Assembly (NCBI RefSeq): GCF_003704095.1
Contig: NW_020844201.1
Span: 62,001-126,000 of the forward strand
DNA: 64,000 nt
DNA from: Pocillopora damicornis
Taxonomy: Eukaryota
Direction of reading: 5' to 3'
Shown: positions 49,434 to 64,000 of the stretch, one piece after another
How positions within the stretch are numbered: the stretch's first letter is position 1
How the letters are laid out: every line of letters begins with the position of its first letter
The notes under the pieces: generated by a model
Databases searched by the model: none
Seen by the model: the letters and a program-made list of their open reading frames with translations, nothing else
Told to the model about the DNA's origin: nothing
Position numbers and translations under genes: made by a program

Positions 49434-52400
49434 CTACCTGGTTAAGTTTGCAAACACAAGGCTGGTGTCATTGCCCTCTGGAGGTCGTCTCTTGTTATAG
49501 CGATGGTGAGACCTTGACGACTGTTCAGAACCAGCCTGTCTTTGCTGAGCTAGCATCTCTACGGAAAATCAAAATACAGCCGTAAGAAATACATTCCATC
49601 AGTATTCTTGAATTACTTGGGAATCTTATGCCACGCAGATTCAAGTTTTGAAGTAAATTGAGCGGTGTCAAAGCATTCCATTCAGTGCTTTCGTTTTTCG
49701 CTCTTTTCACAATATTAATATTCTCAGCTGGTCTTTGTCTTCTACTGCCATCTTTCACACGAGTCAAAAGTCAGATTTCCCGGTTGCCCCGAACAAGAAA
49801 TAATTCTTACATATTACAACTGCCACTAGTGTAAGATGGAGAATGATAGCAGTGGTTGAATACAATACCATTATAAATCTCTTCTTCTTGTCTCTGATTG
49901 TAATCTAACACCAATCTCTTGACCTCTTCCTGTTCCTGTTGTTCAGCCATTTGTCTGTCCCGGATGTTTGCCGCCAGACCAGAACTAAGAGGAATCTGAA
50001 GATCTGTTCATTCGGGGAATCAAAAACCTTATTATTGTAAGGATCCTCTTATTATAAAGACTACGTCGAGTTCTATAGGGCAGCATTGGTGAATTGCCCT
50101 AATACGTTAAAATATACGACTGAAGATATACATAAATAGACGGCTGAAGCAATAGCAAAATGGAGCAGAAGCAAACACTGAACAGCCACTGATTTCACTA
50201 ATTATTAATTAAAAAAGGTGTGTTGCCAGGCATTTCTACAGGCATTTTCAATCTAATTCTACGGAATAATAGTTCGGGTCTTAAGCTCAAAAACCAGTTA
50301 ATTCTATGTCATTTCCTAGTATTGCATTTCAAAACTCGATTTTGAATGAGACCCAGCAAACAAAATTAAACTTTTTGGGCCCTTAAAAGATAAACGAGGA
50401 AAAGGGCCCAGCTAGTAACCAAGTTAGATAATAAGATAAGACATTTTGTCAGTCTGAGCTCGGCTGCTAAGGTAATAACGTATTCTTTAAGGTATGTGCC
50501 ATTTCAATAGAATCACAGAAGTGAAGAACCTTAGTATGAATCCAAACTTGAAACGCGCTACAACTTTTAGATAAATAAATATAACTCTCACGAAAAGAAC
50601 TTGCTTGCCTTTAAATTGTTGTTTATTTCCCTTTTTCAGCATGACAACAAAGTTTAGGTTTTCGCTCTCTTCAGTCAAACTGTTGTGACGAGCTCTCTGT
50701 CCTTTCAGGTGCATTGGAACTGCTACATCCAAACTCGGCACCTGAGAGATAATAAAGCGAATTAGGGCGACAACAAAAAGAGAAAGAAACAGCAACAGCA
50801 CAACTGCAAATGGTTCAGTTATGGTCTCTTTGAACCTTGCAGATAACACCAATTTCTTCTAACCTTGAAAAGCCCGCTACAATACCCGTTTACAGTTTGT
50901 CTTCTCGCCATTTGTCATCTAACAGGGTAACCAATATGGGATAGGGAAGGAGGAGAATATTACCGTACTCGAAAACGCGAAAACATCAATCGTTGAGTCA
51001 GAAGCAGAGAAGACTGACAAAATCAAAAAAAGATGACACATGTAACTTTAATTACACTTTCTACAGGCTTGGTAGGTAACTGAGCAAAAGGTGGAAAGAT
51101 AAAAGGACAGTGCAGCTGGTGTTTGCTTCATTCTAAATACCTTGGGGTTTTCTTCCCGGCGATTCTGAATGTCATCTAACATCAACTTATCAAAGGCTGC
51201 AAGAAACGCCTTGTCTTCGACGGTTTGTTCCTGCTTTGGAGGACTAAGGACTTTCACCTGCAGGAGAAGGCCACGGAACGTAGTAAGGTTCACACTTCTC
51301 AACTAAGAAAGTAGGATGATCGCAAAATTACATAAAAATCGAAAAATCTACCCGACGTCTTTTAGAGCAAACTTGGAGAAACACACGGCTCAACTGTTTT
51401 ATTCTTTAAGGAAGACGATGAAAAGGAAACAGTAGCCTAACCCTGCTTTGCTGGTCGAACGGCTCAGACGTTTGGGGTCTGACCTGCTGATAACATCTAT
51501 TTGACCATAAACAGTTGTTACATCTCAGACTACTATTTTTGTACAGAAGTTATTCAGAATTTGAAGCATTTACGGCAAAACACCTTGTTCATATCCACAT
51601 CATTTATGTCCACTTCAGTAATTTCTTTATCATTTTCCGTCCCATGGGTACCACGTCCCTCATCGTCTTCTTCGTCTTCACCTTCACTCTCCCCAGTCTC
51701 ACTGTGTTCATCTTCTTCGCGCAGCATAGGGGACTGGCAAGGAGAGTTACTTAGCGAGGCAGCTGGAGATTCTGTGACAACTTTGCTGTAAGACATGCTA
51801 GGAATTGGCATTGGAGTTGAATCGTGTTCTGGGATGTTAGTGTCTTGCTCAATGGGGGTGGCTTTCTCTACAGAGAAATGAAACAACAGCTTGAATCAGC
51901 CATATTAAAAATTGATTTCACGGCCTTCATTGGAATAAAGTGCGGATGATCTTAGGCTTCGTCTATCTCGCAAATAAGTTTCCTGACTGGCAGGAAAATA
52001 AGAGCCGTGCCGAGCCCTGATGACTGTCTTAAATATAAGGGCCATAGGGGTATTTGCTCAGTTGATTGAGCACTGGATTAATATCGCGGAAAACCGATGG
52101 GTTTTGGTCCCTGAGTTGTTTTTATAGGTTTCTTTCTTTCAACTGCTGAAGTGTCAAGAACTAACCAGTCGTATACTACTACAAAAAAAATCTAATATTT
52201 TTTTCCGTCTACTCTTCTTATTTCAAAGTTGACCGAACTCACAGTAAAAAAGATCTTTTTGCCCCCGCGGACAAGCGGACAAAAAAAATATCACGTTTGC
52301 TTATTTTTGTAAGTAGCCTTATACCTGTTTATTAAAACATACCATAAGAACTCAAAACGTTCTATTTTTGGAGCAACTTACAATTGGGTGTCGAAAAGGA

Positions 52401-55400
52401 AAAAAAAACCCTCGTTACAACGGTTTTGCATCACTTTGCCCCTTGCAAAACTCGCACTAGCTACTCAACCAAACAGAGACAAACCTCATCAAATGCGACA
52501 TTATTATTTGCGTTCCTCTCCACTTAGGTCGTTTACATCTGTGCATTTTAAATTCCCAATGGCTTCTTTGGATGTTGTTCCTTATTTTATAATATCCAAT
52601 CGAAAAGCGCCATGAAGTCGATGTGAATCTTAAACAGGATACCATTTAGCTTGAATAACCACACCACACTAACCTATCTGTTCTTGGTGCTCCTTGTTCA
52701 ACTTTTCAAGAGTTTCAACAGCTTGCTCCAGGCTTGCAAAGATGGTGAGTTTGGGGCGAAGAGACTCAAGAGTGTCAGCAATCATGTAATCAACATCACG
52801 CGGAAATGGGTGTCCTTCATTCCATATGGGATCGGCTTTCTTCTTCAGGATGTAGCACTAGTAAAACAATCATGACGCTTTCTTATAAAGCTGTATGGTG
52901 CAACCACACAAGGCGAACACCTAACGTTAGTGTCCACCATGCGTCACAATCAATCAAGATTTACTTTCGATTGTAAAAAAATTCGAAACTCTTGTACTAA
53001 GCGATCACAGAAACTGACATTGTAGAGATTTAGCAATTAACACAGAGATATTTGATGATCAGCGCGCGCAAAAAGTGATTACGCTGTCCCACTAGGAACG
53101 AACGTGACAACCTACACAAATGGCTTTCTTGAATTCTAACCTTAGACGTCAGCTCGAACATCGACAGTTGAAATTAGTGGTGTCTCGTCTCCATTCTACC
53201 TCATGTTGTGTTTCGTAAATGTACCAGTCACTTGCGAAAGGTTCACAAGGTATTTGAAAACGCAAAATCAACATATCTTTCAAAGAAAAAAAGATAATTA
53301 AGCCACTGGCCTACAATTGAAAAAGTAGGCTCAGCTTTCATCTTACTTGAAAGTAGACAAGAAAGCAGTCAAGTTTCTTCTTATAATTTCCATGATCAAA
53401 ATACTGTCCACAGGTGTCGAGTAAAGTACACATCAGACGGATACGGAACAGATGTTCAGGAGGATCCAGCACTGAAACAACACCTTTTGTCAAGAAACAA
53501 AACCGGATTTACCTACTGTAAGTAGACCAGGATAGTAAGCCCTAGAAAAGGATCAAAACCCACGGTAGAGAGAAAGGAAAAAAAATCAATTCAACCTTAT
53601 TAAGCGTGATCCCAAGCCGCGCGTTTTTAATATTGCTCTTTTTAAAAATTCACTTGTGGAAGTCCCACGCAGTTGTTATCGCTCGTTGAGTTTGTTGCGT
53701 TTTTGGCACATAGCTCTGATAGTGATTGTCACGATGTTACAAGAAAAAGAATTTGGGCGCAATGAGTTTGGTGACAACACTGATAAGAATGAGAAAAGGA
53801 AGATGCGTGAAAATTTAAGTGAAAACCCCTAGAAAATAGCTTTAGAATGAACGCAACAAGTTATTTTATGACGTACTTTTTACACCATATTCCTTCGTTG
53901 TCTTAGGGCAATTAAACTTAGCATTGTTTAGGCATTTATTTTAAGTATTACTTCTCACTGACCTTCCTGGTTGTTTCCAAAGGTGATAAAGGAATAAAGG
54001 GTGCTGAATATGACACGTGACTCCACTAATCTGTAGTTATAAAGCTCACCCAAAAACTTCACACAGCTCACACGACGCTGGTTCATCTTCTGCAGGTTTG
54101 TCTAAAGGGAAATCACGTTTATAAAATGTGTAAAATAAACGACAATGCACGTATACTGTAAGCCGGGAATGAACAGGGACCGACACGCATAGCTGCCACA
54201 GCTTATACAACTGAGATTACGCAGCATTTAGCGACTAGGAAAGTGTTGCTGCTCCTCCAGGAAGGGATACTGGTTATCGCAACCCCCACTCCCCCCCTCC
54301 CCCTCAACATTCCGTCACAACCATTAACATTCCTACATGGAGAGAAAAGCATTGTGAAAGTAGATTATACCGCTCTTGAACACTGCTCAGCAGGGTGAAC
54401 TTAAGCTTTTCATTAAGAAATGTTAAAGCACAAGGGAGGAGTTAAAGCCAAAGAATTCTCCAATCTGTTAGAGTTAGAGCCTGAAGAAAAACGAAGATAG
54501 TAGTGGGGATTCTGTGCCATTTAGTAGTCCGCTCTTTGGAAACGAAACAAAATAAGGGCTCTTACGAGGGTGTGAATTTCTTGTTTTTAGTGCATATTAA
54601 AAAAGACCCTGCTTCTCGGCATTTCAACCGCACCAATAGAGCCAACTCATTCTAAGGCATTTAGACTGACTTTTTACCTCCATTCCAAGACGAATCTCTT
54701 CCAAAACTCCATCAACGACATACAGGCCAACGTCCTCCTAAAATTGAGGTAAAATTACTTTATATGAGATAGGCATCAATCATGCCCAAAATCATAAGCA
54801 GGAAAGAGGGGCGGTTTAGAGAGTAGAGGAGACCAGATGAACAGAGGGGACAAGAGAAAAGCAGCGAGGAACAGAAGAAAACAAGGAAGGTACACCAAAA
54901 ATCAGAGTCAAGAAGATAGAGAAGGAAAGAAAAACTCTGGTTGCCACGAACAAACTGACTTTTTTTCAGCTGGAAATAAAAATTGCAAAGCAGCAAAATA
55001 AAAAAGAAAGAAAGAAAGAAGAAAAAAAAAGATAAAAAGAAAACTGCTGTCGAAACATCTAGAAATACATATAACAGTCATAAAACTATTTGGTTGTTGG
55101 CTTTGAGTGTATTTCTCATGCAAAAATGATCATGAGACAAATGGATAAGATAAGATCAATGGTTACTTACATAATACTGTGCTAAGCCTGCCAACAGATT
55201 GGCAGCGCAGTGTACACTGTTGTATTTGATGTTCCACACACGAATCAGACACTTTATTACGTACAAAGCAACCTGAAAAGTCATCAAACCAAACAAAATG
55301 CACGGAGTAAAGAGGATTCACTACAAGAAAAAAATTTCATATTCGATATGATACATCCTACTGTGGAAGATACTGAACAATAGCGAACATAAAAAAAAAG

Positions 55401-58400
55401 TTCATCTAACTTTGTATCGTACTCCAAAACGACAAGACAAGCTTTGCTCAGCTTTCATTATGTTATTACTTACGCGACAGAATGAACAGAATGCAGTTTA
55501 AATCAAACCCAGAAATTAATTGACACATACATTTATGAAAACTCCCTTCATCCCACTACGAGCAGGCTTCTTTTTTCTGACTATTTTGAATGTGAAAAAC
55601 GAAATCTAACGAGTACAAGTATGAATTCATAACTTCTCCGAACATTAATCGCTCTTATGACATCAAACTCATATACAAGAAACGGTCATCTGCAGCACAT
55701 TCTTCTCAGTTATTATTGTTAATATCCAAATCGTTCGTCTGTCCTTGGGCTCGGAAGTGAAGATTCAAACCTGGTGTGTAACACTCCTAACCCCCAGCAA
55801 TTACTGAGTCAACTGTTAAGTTGGTAAGCATTAATTAGGTTTTGAACTCCAAGCCACATTTCAGCTCCGCGCTCAATTTTTCTCCACACACTGCACGGAC
55901 CGGCTCCTCGCACTTATCACAGTTGGCTCAGTAAATGAATATATATTTTTTCTATTATTCAAACTTTTCTCAAAATGTTCTGATAACGCCTCAACAACCA
56001 GATTTACAGATATACCTGTGGTTCATTCCAGGGTAGTTTTCGTATTTGTCGTAGTACCTGCCGGAAAATAATCAAAACTAACGTAATCAACTGAGTATTT
56101 TACCTCATATATCTAAATGAATCAGGGCATAGTCACAAAGACTACAGCTGAGTAGTGCTCATGTCACAACTCTTTTCATATGTTTAAACCTTCTCGATCT
56201 TCTGGTAAGTTGACAGCGAACTTTTGATCCTTTAACAGAATTTACACTTTTTTAAATTTCCAAGGTGCGTAAATAATCTTGAATTAGCAAAAATCTTTTT
56301 ACAACTGCATTCATACAAAACCTTTAAAGGAAGTCAAAGCTTGCCTCTGTATAACTATCTTAAGTTCTTTATGGTAACATCAATCTAAAGAGCTGCTTCA
56401 GCTGATCGATTTCTGTGATTTTATACCGAGTGGTCCTGAAAAGTACTGTTTTTATGGCGGCTTCGACAGTCTAAGCAGAAGTAAACTGTAATCACCAAAT
56501 TTAAATGAAAAACTGTCTGTCAGTCGAGGTCTGGTTTATGAAACTGACTTGTGCCTTTTTCCGAGATAATCATGTTCCTTACATTAAGACTGTAGCAGCG
56601 TTTGTCAGCTGTGATTACCCAGCCTTGAAAGCAAAATGAAAAAATCTGACAAAGAACCCTTCAATTTACTCTGATAGTGACTATCACTGACTTCCAATCA
56701 TCAGTCACTGTCACTAACAACACTACTTTTCAAAACGATTCTCACGAGCACTATTATACCCCTCCGCCTCACACAGTGTACTCTATACCACTATACCTTC
56801 TCTTAAGAAAAGTCTTTATTTCATTACTGAACTCAAAATTGCCATCTTTCTCATTCTATATACCTTCTCTGTTGTGGTTTTGGAGAGGTCTTTGTAGAGT
56901 AATTTACGGATGTACTCCTGCATCGGAGGACGCTCTTTCTGAGCAACCTATAGACAATAAACCATATCTTATGATTTTTATTAATGCCAATTGCTCATGG
57001 AATTGAAACTAACCAAGCAACGAGTTGTGGTTAGCAAAGTGACATAACATCAGCTGAAATTATACGAAATATTCTTTCTTTGACTGTTTTGTACAACAAA
57101 GTACACTTTTAAATTTATCACACTCGACAACGAATATATAAATATCAATAGGAACAGCCCAATCCCCTGGGCAGTTATTATTTATTATTACGGTCCTAAG
57201 AAAAACAAAGATGGTTACAGGAGAAAATTAAGCAAATTATAACACACTTAAACTATGTATATAACATGTTGAAGACCAGCTTTAAAATATGCGAAGATTA
57301 AACTTCTATCATACGAGGCACTAAGATGCGAGGATGAAAGCTTTTTGATAAGAATCACCTTTTGCCTTTCTGGAGGGTTACAGTAGAAGAACGCATTCTC
57401 AATCAAGGTCAACTGACGACTGTCCAGATTCTGGACAGCTTTCTTTCTCATCATCAGCTCCTTGTGTATGGAAGGGAGACAATAAGTTACGGACGGTAAG
57501 ATAACTTCATGTAACTTAAAGAGTTATGGCTTTATGTGAAGTCACGTTTATTCAAAAATACAAAAAATGGAGGTGTATGAAGCTCAAAAATAACAGCCAG
57601 CTTATTTGTTATATGATTACATGCACCTGAAATAATACATATTCCTAACCTTATCAACATTTGTCCAAACAAATGAATTTTATCAGTACAATCACGGATA
57701 GGAAGGCTCATTCATTTCCTCACAAAAATGATAAATATTATATGAATCTACATAACTGAAAAATAGATATTCAATAACAATCATTACTATTACAATTACC
57801 CAACAAAATCTTGCAAAACTGAACTCACCAACAAGTTTTTAGTTCTGATATGCGAGTCTGGTGAGCGGTACAGAAATCTGCCACACACTTCTAACAAGTT
57901 ACAGGCCATCTCAATGTTATGGTGGGTAAAATCTTCCAAAAGCATCTAAAATAAAAAAATCAAAGAGTTCATTTCATGTAACTTAGACAGAAAAAAGTTT
58001 ACAATTGAGAGGAGGCCAAAAATTAAAAATCACTATTACCCAGAAAGCTCACCCAATTAAATTGTTGATTGATGAGAAGTGATCAAAGTGCTCTGTAATT
58101 AAAAACCAGCTGACAGTGACCCTTCACTATGTAAATTTTTACTCAAAGTAAATTACATTGTTCAAAACTTAGCTTACCACGGAAACCTGAATAAAACCTG
58201 TTTCAAACATCAAACAGTTTTTCATTCAATAGTAAGAAGTTTCAAGTGGCTGATTTTCAAACCACAGAATGTAGTCTTATACACAATCATGACTCTTACT
58301 GAGCTCTATTTCCTATCTGTAAATGGCAAGCTCAGGTTCTAGAGAATCATTATCTTCTTATTTATATGATTTTGACAACTCTTGACAGCAGTGACCAACT

Positions 58401-61400
58401 GCTGGAAATCTAACGTTGAGCAGACCTGAAGCTGTTTAGACAGGAGCAAAGGATTTAAGATAGTCATGAAATAGAGGATTAAGAGTCTTCATATATTAAT
58501 CAACTAAGTGACTGATGTACCCTTAAATTCTAGGAGAGGATGGATGTTGCGAGAAAAATATCCTACTGTTAAAGCATTTGGCAGAGTGAGGCAACAGTGG
58601 GGTACAAATGGGATGAACAAAATTTCATCTCACCTTCAAACAGTGTAGAGCTTCTCCTTTTGGGAACATATGGAACTTAGTTAATTCACCTACAGGAATA
58701 ATGAAAGAAAGTGCAAAATACATGGTACTATACTATAATTATATTTGCTAATAATTATCTTAATTAATATTCCATTTTGGAAGGGTTGCTCTAGAAGCAG
58801 TATGTGTTAACATAAATAGTTCTTACCTATGAATCTCATGGTCTTTATTTTTGACTCAACATTAATCTGATCCTTTTTACGCACCTATAAAACAACATGG
58901 AACCGCTAGAGTATCTAAATAAAACAAATAATAAATCACTCAACTCATATCAGTAGTCAAAGTATTTATGAGACATAAAAAGCTGCCATAATTTTTTTTA
59001 AAACTATTTTTCCTTCAACTTGCTTACGCGAAATTTGAATTCTCCTTTCAGCTGCTGCATAAGCTCAGGTGCAAGATCAGGAGCACAGGGATCAAGAGTG
59101 GCCACCAGGCGAGCATACATTGGTAACAGATCCAACCTTACAAGGAAAAAAGGCATTGGATTATATATGTAGTACTAATTCTAAAACTTAGAAAAAACTC
59201 AAGCATTTAATGGTCTATTTCATTTCTCAAGACAACATACTACAAACAGAAAACAGGTTTCAAATTTGTTCTTACTCTGTGTAGATTTGTGCACACTTGA
59301 CTAACCTTAACATTTCCCCATTACTTTGCAGTCTTTTTCATTAAACACATAATTCTTACCGTATCCTTGGAACACCAAAAAGTGCATGGCAAAGCCTTTT
59401 TCTGTTTCCCTTGGTGTTGCATGTTTGCATAAACTCTGTTGCTACCTAAAAAAACATACAACATATGCAAAAGACATTTATTTGTTCTCACATAGCAGGT
59501 AGTTCCAAAGGTATTGTTAACCCAAAGTTTTGAGTTTGGGTTCATGCAGGTCACAGCAAATTCATCCCACTCTGTTTCACAAATTTTTATGGCATGCCTT
59601 GGTGTTAATCAGAAAATTAAATTTCACGCATTACTGTTGGGGAACTACTCTAGAAGTTAACTACGAGCGGGGCATAATTTTTGTCAAAAGTGAGTTACGG
59701 ATGATTAAGATTTTGGATGGAACATCCACTTGCAAGGTAACAACCAATGTGCTTACACAGTGTGATGATTAAACATCCAAAACAACGACTTAACATTAGT
59801 AGAAAAACATTAACTGTGCATTACATGTACCTCATCAATAAGGTCCTTGTTGACACATGTGGGTAGTCTTTGTATAATTGCCTCCAGAGCTTGTCCAGTG
59901 GATGAGCTTAGTGTTTCTCCAGATGAACTGTCATCTTCATCTGAAATTAACAAAAACATTTTTGAATTCTAATAAGTTCTATCCCCCAACAGTATTAGAT
60001 AATATATGCCTGCATGGGATGAAAAGATAGCAAACTCTTAATTTCCAAAAGTTAAGAAACCAAACCCTTGTGCTATATATTTTTAGGAGGACCAATCAGC
60101 TCACAAAAGGTAAATTTTTTTTTACTAGGAGTTGTTCACTGTCAATGTAAAAGTGTGCCCTTACTACTTATGTGACATAATGAACAATATCATCACTTTA
60201 AGTTCCCTGGATGTTGAGCATTTCCACACCACCATCAGATATTAACAATAAAAAGAAGCCTAATGGTAAGGAACATGTACACTAGAGTTAAAGTACATGT
60301 TACAAGCTAACCGTGTAGCATCATTATTGCAAATAGCTTTGATAACCACTACCTAAATAGAGCTTATATTTTTATGACATCAGTCTCATAGTCATATTTA
60401 TGAATGTGTGAGTTACAGCGGCAAAGGAACTTATGAATGACTCTAATTCAAAGTTAAGTGCATGTAAGTATGTACCTTCTTCACTTTCTTTTCCACTGAA
60501 TTCCTCATCACCAATGTCATCACCTAGCTCTTCAAACTCCTCAACTTTCACTTAAAAAATAAATCAGAAATATGGCTGTTGAAGTTTTATGAACATGATA
60601 CAGGAAAATATCATCCTACCAGCAAGGGGTTAAGAGTAAATTTTTCAGTAAACATATTTACAAAACTAATAATCAGACCTAAATACCCAAAACTGCCTTG
60701 CTGGTTACAAATGTCAAGAACACCAGAACTAAAATTTACTTTCCAGCTCTTGCATGTCTAGTTTTTCATCTGCAACTGAATTTGTTTCATCATCTTCTTC
60801 TTCATCTTTCCCAACATCTTTGTACAAGATCTGACAATAAGATACAGAAATGTACTGTTGTTGGTGAAATCAATAGCTTTCATTTACTTGCGGGTGTCCT
60901 GTTACTGATAATCATGGTAACTTCAAAATGCATTTGCCAATTATCCATGCAATTAGTATGACCTGAGCTTACCACTTGCCTTACTACCAAATTGATGGCT
61001 GAGATCTCTAACATTTCTAAAAAGGTGCCATTCACAAATAGACTACATCACCAACACTGCCAATTACTATGCACAAATTACCTTTTTCAATAACAAAAAA
61101 TGAAAAGTGTTCCTTGATTGAATTAGTCAGTAGTTTGAAATACTAGGTGTATATATATAATATATAGTGTTATCATAGAATCAGTTTTTTCATGTACCTT
61201 TGGTAAGAAAGCCTTGAGGTCTCTGAGGTTTTCATAAAAGATCCTTGTTTCCTCATCTTCCCACAGGCCTGCACTTCCATCATACTGTTTAGAAGATCAG
61301 TAATTACTTTTTTTAAATTAAAGGTCTGAACTGATCTATATTAAGTTTATACCTTACCAATACTGATTTTTATTGTTAAAATGAAGTAAAAATAAAAAAC

Positions 61401-63899
61401 TTATCTCAGACCAAAGCTTTGCAATTGGGTAGGAAAATTGTCTTGAGGAAACTAAATTTCCCTACCCTTTACACAAAAATTCCACCCTGATAACAAATGA
61501 AAGCAATGCCATCTAGTAACTAACTATTTACACACTTTCAGCAAGACTGAAGTGGGTTTGAATCTCTGAACTGTTCCTAAGTATAATTTTAAGTAATTTT
61601 CTTGGCTTTTTACATGGTGCATTAAGTTCAATACTTGTCACCACTGAAACAGTTAGCTCCCAGAAAACAAGAAATTTTTACATGACTGTATAAAACCCTG
61701 ACATTTTCTGCCATGACCAAGGAATTCCCCTCAGAAATAGATCAGACTCAAAGGATGGGCTGAGAATACTTCACTAAGTCCACTTGGAAAGCTTTTAAAT
61801 ATGAGCTGATAATAACTTTATCTACTGTAAAAAGTGTTATGGTGTAGTAGCAATTGAACAAAGTTCCATTAGAGAAATGTTAGGATTTGTTTCAAACTCT
61901 ATAATTTCTAAAGATCAAGCAGTGAACATTTATTTAATCAACAGAAAGATGGAAGAAAAACAGGGAAGTCATATGGTGAATGTGAACTGTGCTCGACTTG
62001 AAGTTGATTTCATCCCACACTGTACCTCTGATTGTTTAAAAGGGTTAAACACATCGATTGTGCTTCCCTCAGCCTCTTGCTGGACAAACTCTATACAAAG
62101 ATGAAACAAATAATGAAATCTTTGATTCTTGAATGAGAAAAATAAGAAAATATGAAAGTTAAGTGCGTTCCACACCTTACTGCTCAGAGGTTATATATTA
62201 CACCAGAGCTCAAACTACTGTATAAGCAGATGTTCATGGAATTGACAGTAGGGGCCTTTCCACACTAGCGACAAAGTTGTTTATTTAGACAAAGTTTCTG
62301 TCATCATCAACATTTTACAAGTGCAGATGGTTTGTTGTAGCTTGACAAATTTTGGTAAATGCACCTTCAAATGCACCTTCTACAAAATTTTTCATGCATA
62401 AAAACCTGGACAAAAGCGACTTAATAAACATAACCATGATAAACTTGTTGATCATTTGTCCTAAAAGCTATGACAAGCATGTAATTGCACTGAAATCAGT
62501 TAACTAGAAAGGCAAAAATTGTCCCTTGTTGCAAAACTTGAGGTTAACAGAAGTTAATTTTCCATCACAATAACACACTCTTCCTAACAAGCTTCTAACT
62601 GAATAATGTCCTGAATTTACAGGGAGAAGTTACAAGTTACCCAATTTGAGGATTTTAAAAGTTAATAGATCACTTCAGAACAGAGCACAGCAGAGTAAAA
62701 CCAGAATAAAAGGAATAGCTGTTGTGACTGACAACCACTTACCATTCTGGGGCAAATCAGGCATGTCTTCATCCAGTATGTCCTAAACAAATCATAGCAA
62801 ACACACAAAAGTCATTAGCTAGGTAAGATAAGCACAGAGGTATAAGGGTCTACACTGCTGTTTATGTCAATAAAGAAAAAAAAAAAAAACATCTGGCATG
62901 TTATGATCAAAAATGCTCACTGCTAAAGAGGATGTATTGGCTAGCAGCTTCTCATATGCCTTCTGTGCCTTTTCAAATGCCTCCTTTCGTTCAGGATGTA
63001 ATTCACCTTTTGTCTGTGGGAAAATTTGAAACATTTGATAAATATATTTTACAACACTGTGTTTCACAGGTAGACTACTTCAGTCTACTTTTAGCTATTA
63101 TAAAGAAGTGCACTTTTCATCTTCCCAATTCATATCTCTGGTGAGGTGAGGTACTGAATGAGAGTAATTTTCTTGCCTTTGCAAAAACACAATAAGTAAC
63201 AGCCCTGTATAGCTACAGTACAAGTGTGATCACCATTGCCAATATATTTTGTTGTAAAGAAATCTGCACTGAACACTGCTGAAGCTTAAATCAGAATTTT
63301 TTAAAAAATTCGCATTAGACCATGGGATATTCTAGGGTGTCAAGGTCTAAACATTTGCTTGAATGTGAAAAGCTGAGATTGAGGTGCTTTACATTTACTG
63401 GTAATTGTATTTAAGTAATCAATGATAACCCCAAAAGTAAAGCAATAATGGAAAACAGAACTACATTTTAGCTCAAAAGCAATAAACAAAGTATAACACC
63501 AACCATTAAAGTTTGGCGATTCTGCCTCTCCCTGTTTTGAAGATCCTTATGAGCTCTAAGTAGATGGATGGAAAGTGACTTGTAATAAGATAGAAAGTGT
63601 TGATGAATAACTGCTTGATCCTCATCAGGCACTATACCACACTTTGGAAATGTTACTTTGTGTTTCTCAGACATCAACCTTTGTTTCCTGGATGTGAAGC
63701 CTGCAAAGTCTTCCCCACAATGACGAGCAAAGCTGCTTATCACCTGTACATACACATGGCTTTCTTTATCACAGTTTACCATGTTACTAAGGATTGCACT
63801 GAGTGTCTTAATGCCTTCAGACAATTTTGGAAAAACTCCACCAATAATCAACTCCCCCAACAGTCTCATGGTGACACGATACTTGCTTACATTTGCAAG
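49434..63899 (-). CDS. UPF2: Regulator of nonsense transcripts 2 (UPF2), 5'-partial; 26 exons, 1008 aa within the window
   Basis: Phase-consistent exons: 63504-63899, 62921-63013, 62743-62782, 62026-62090, 61198-61284, 60740-60830, 60476-60550, 59831-59940, 59360-59445, 59028-59136, 58827-58884, 58634-58689, 57829-57945, 57359-57460, 56864-56947, 56016-56057, 55171-55272, 54678-54737, 53963-54101, 53347-53483, 52674-52857, 51584-51867, 51141-51257, 50609-50741, 49869-50003, 49434-49558 (sum 3027 nt). Diagnostic peptides: LWEDEETRIFYENL, RLDLLPMYARLVATL, RFIGELTKF, IENAFFYCNPP, KFLGELYNYR, LDPPEHLFRIRL, KGNKQQFK. Architecture is MIF4G domains, an acidic tract and the UPF1-binding C-terminus. 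Confidence 0.97.
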
Positions 63900-64000
63900 C
63901 TGTGGAAACAATATGGACAAAATTATCAAATAAATACAGAGACCTTATTAATAACACACTGTTTGTTTTGTTGTGTTGATGTCCTATAACAGATAAAGTC

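Noticed and set aside
52045-52150. tRNA-like 5' sequence (gctcagttgattgagcactgg)
   Set aside because: No complete cloverleaf or intact B box; at most a decayed tRNA-derived SINE in a UPF2 intron.
63597-63989. Plus-strand ORFs over UPF2 exons (also 51501-51791, 52651-52875, 56677-57006)
   Set aside because: They are antisense shadows of real coding exons.

Overview
AT-rich, intron-rich animal genomic DNA. The repeat types suggest an anthozoan such as a stony coral, but this is inference. Three host genes can be rebuilt by hand from splice signals, all on the minus strand. (1) The 3' 26 exons of UPF2, the NMD factor (49434-63899); its 5' end lies beyond the window. (2, 3) Two paralogous genes mostly invisible in the ORF track (1419-6798 and 35649-38705). 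Each encodes signal peptide + basic spacer + a 10-cysteine colipase-fold domain of the Dickkopf-CRD2/prokineticin/MIT type, and both have a phase-0 intron at the same position inside that domain. Between them lies a dense zone of decayed mobile DNA (about 20-35 kb): a Polinton/Maverick (adintovirus-like) remnant with pPolB, RVE integrase and accessory ORFs; three Penelope-like fragments carrying minimal hammerhead-ribozyme motifs; two CR1/L2-type LINE remnants; and a TA-flanked MITE. All family assignments come from recalled motifs, not from database searches.
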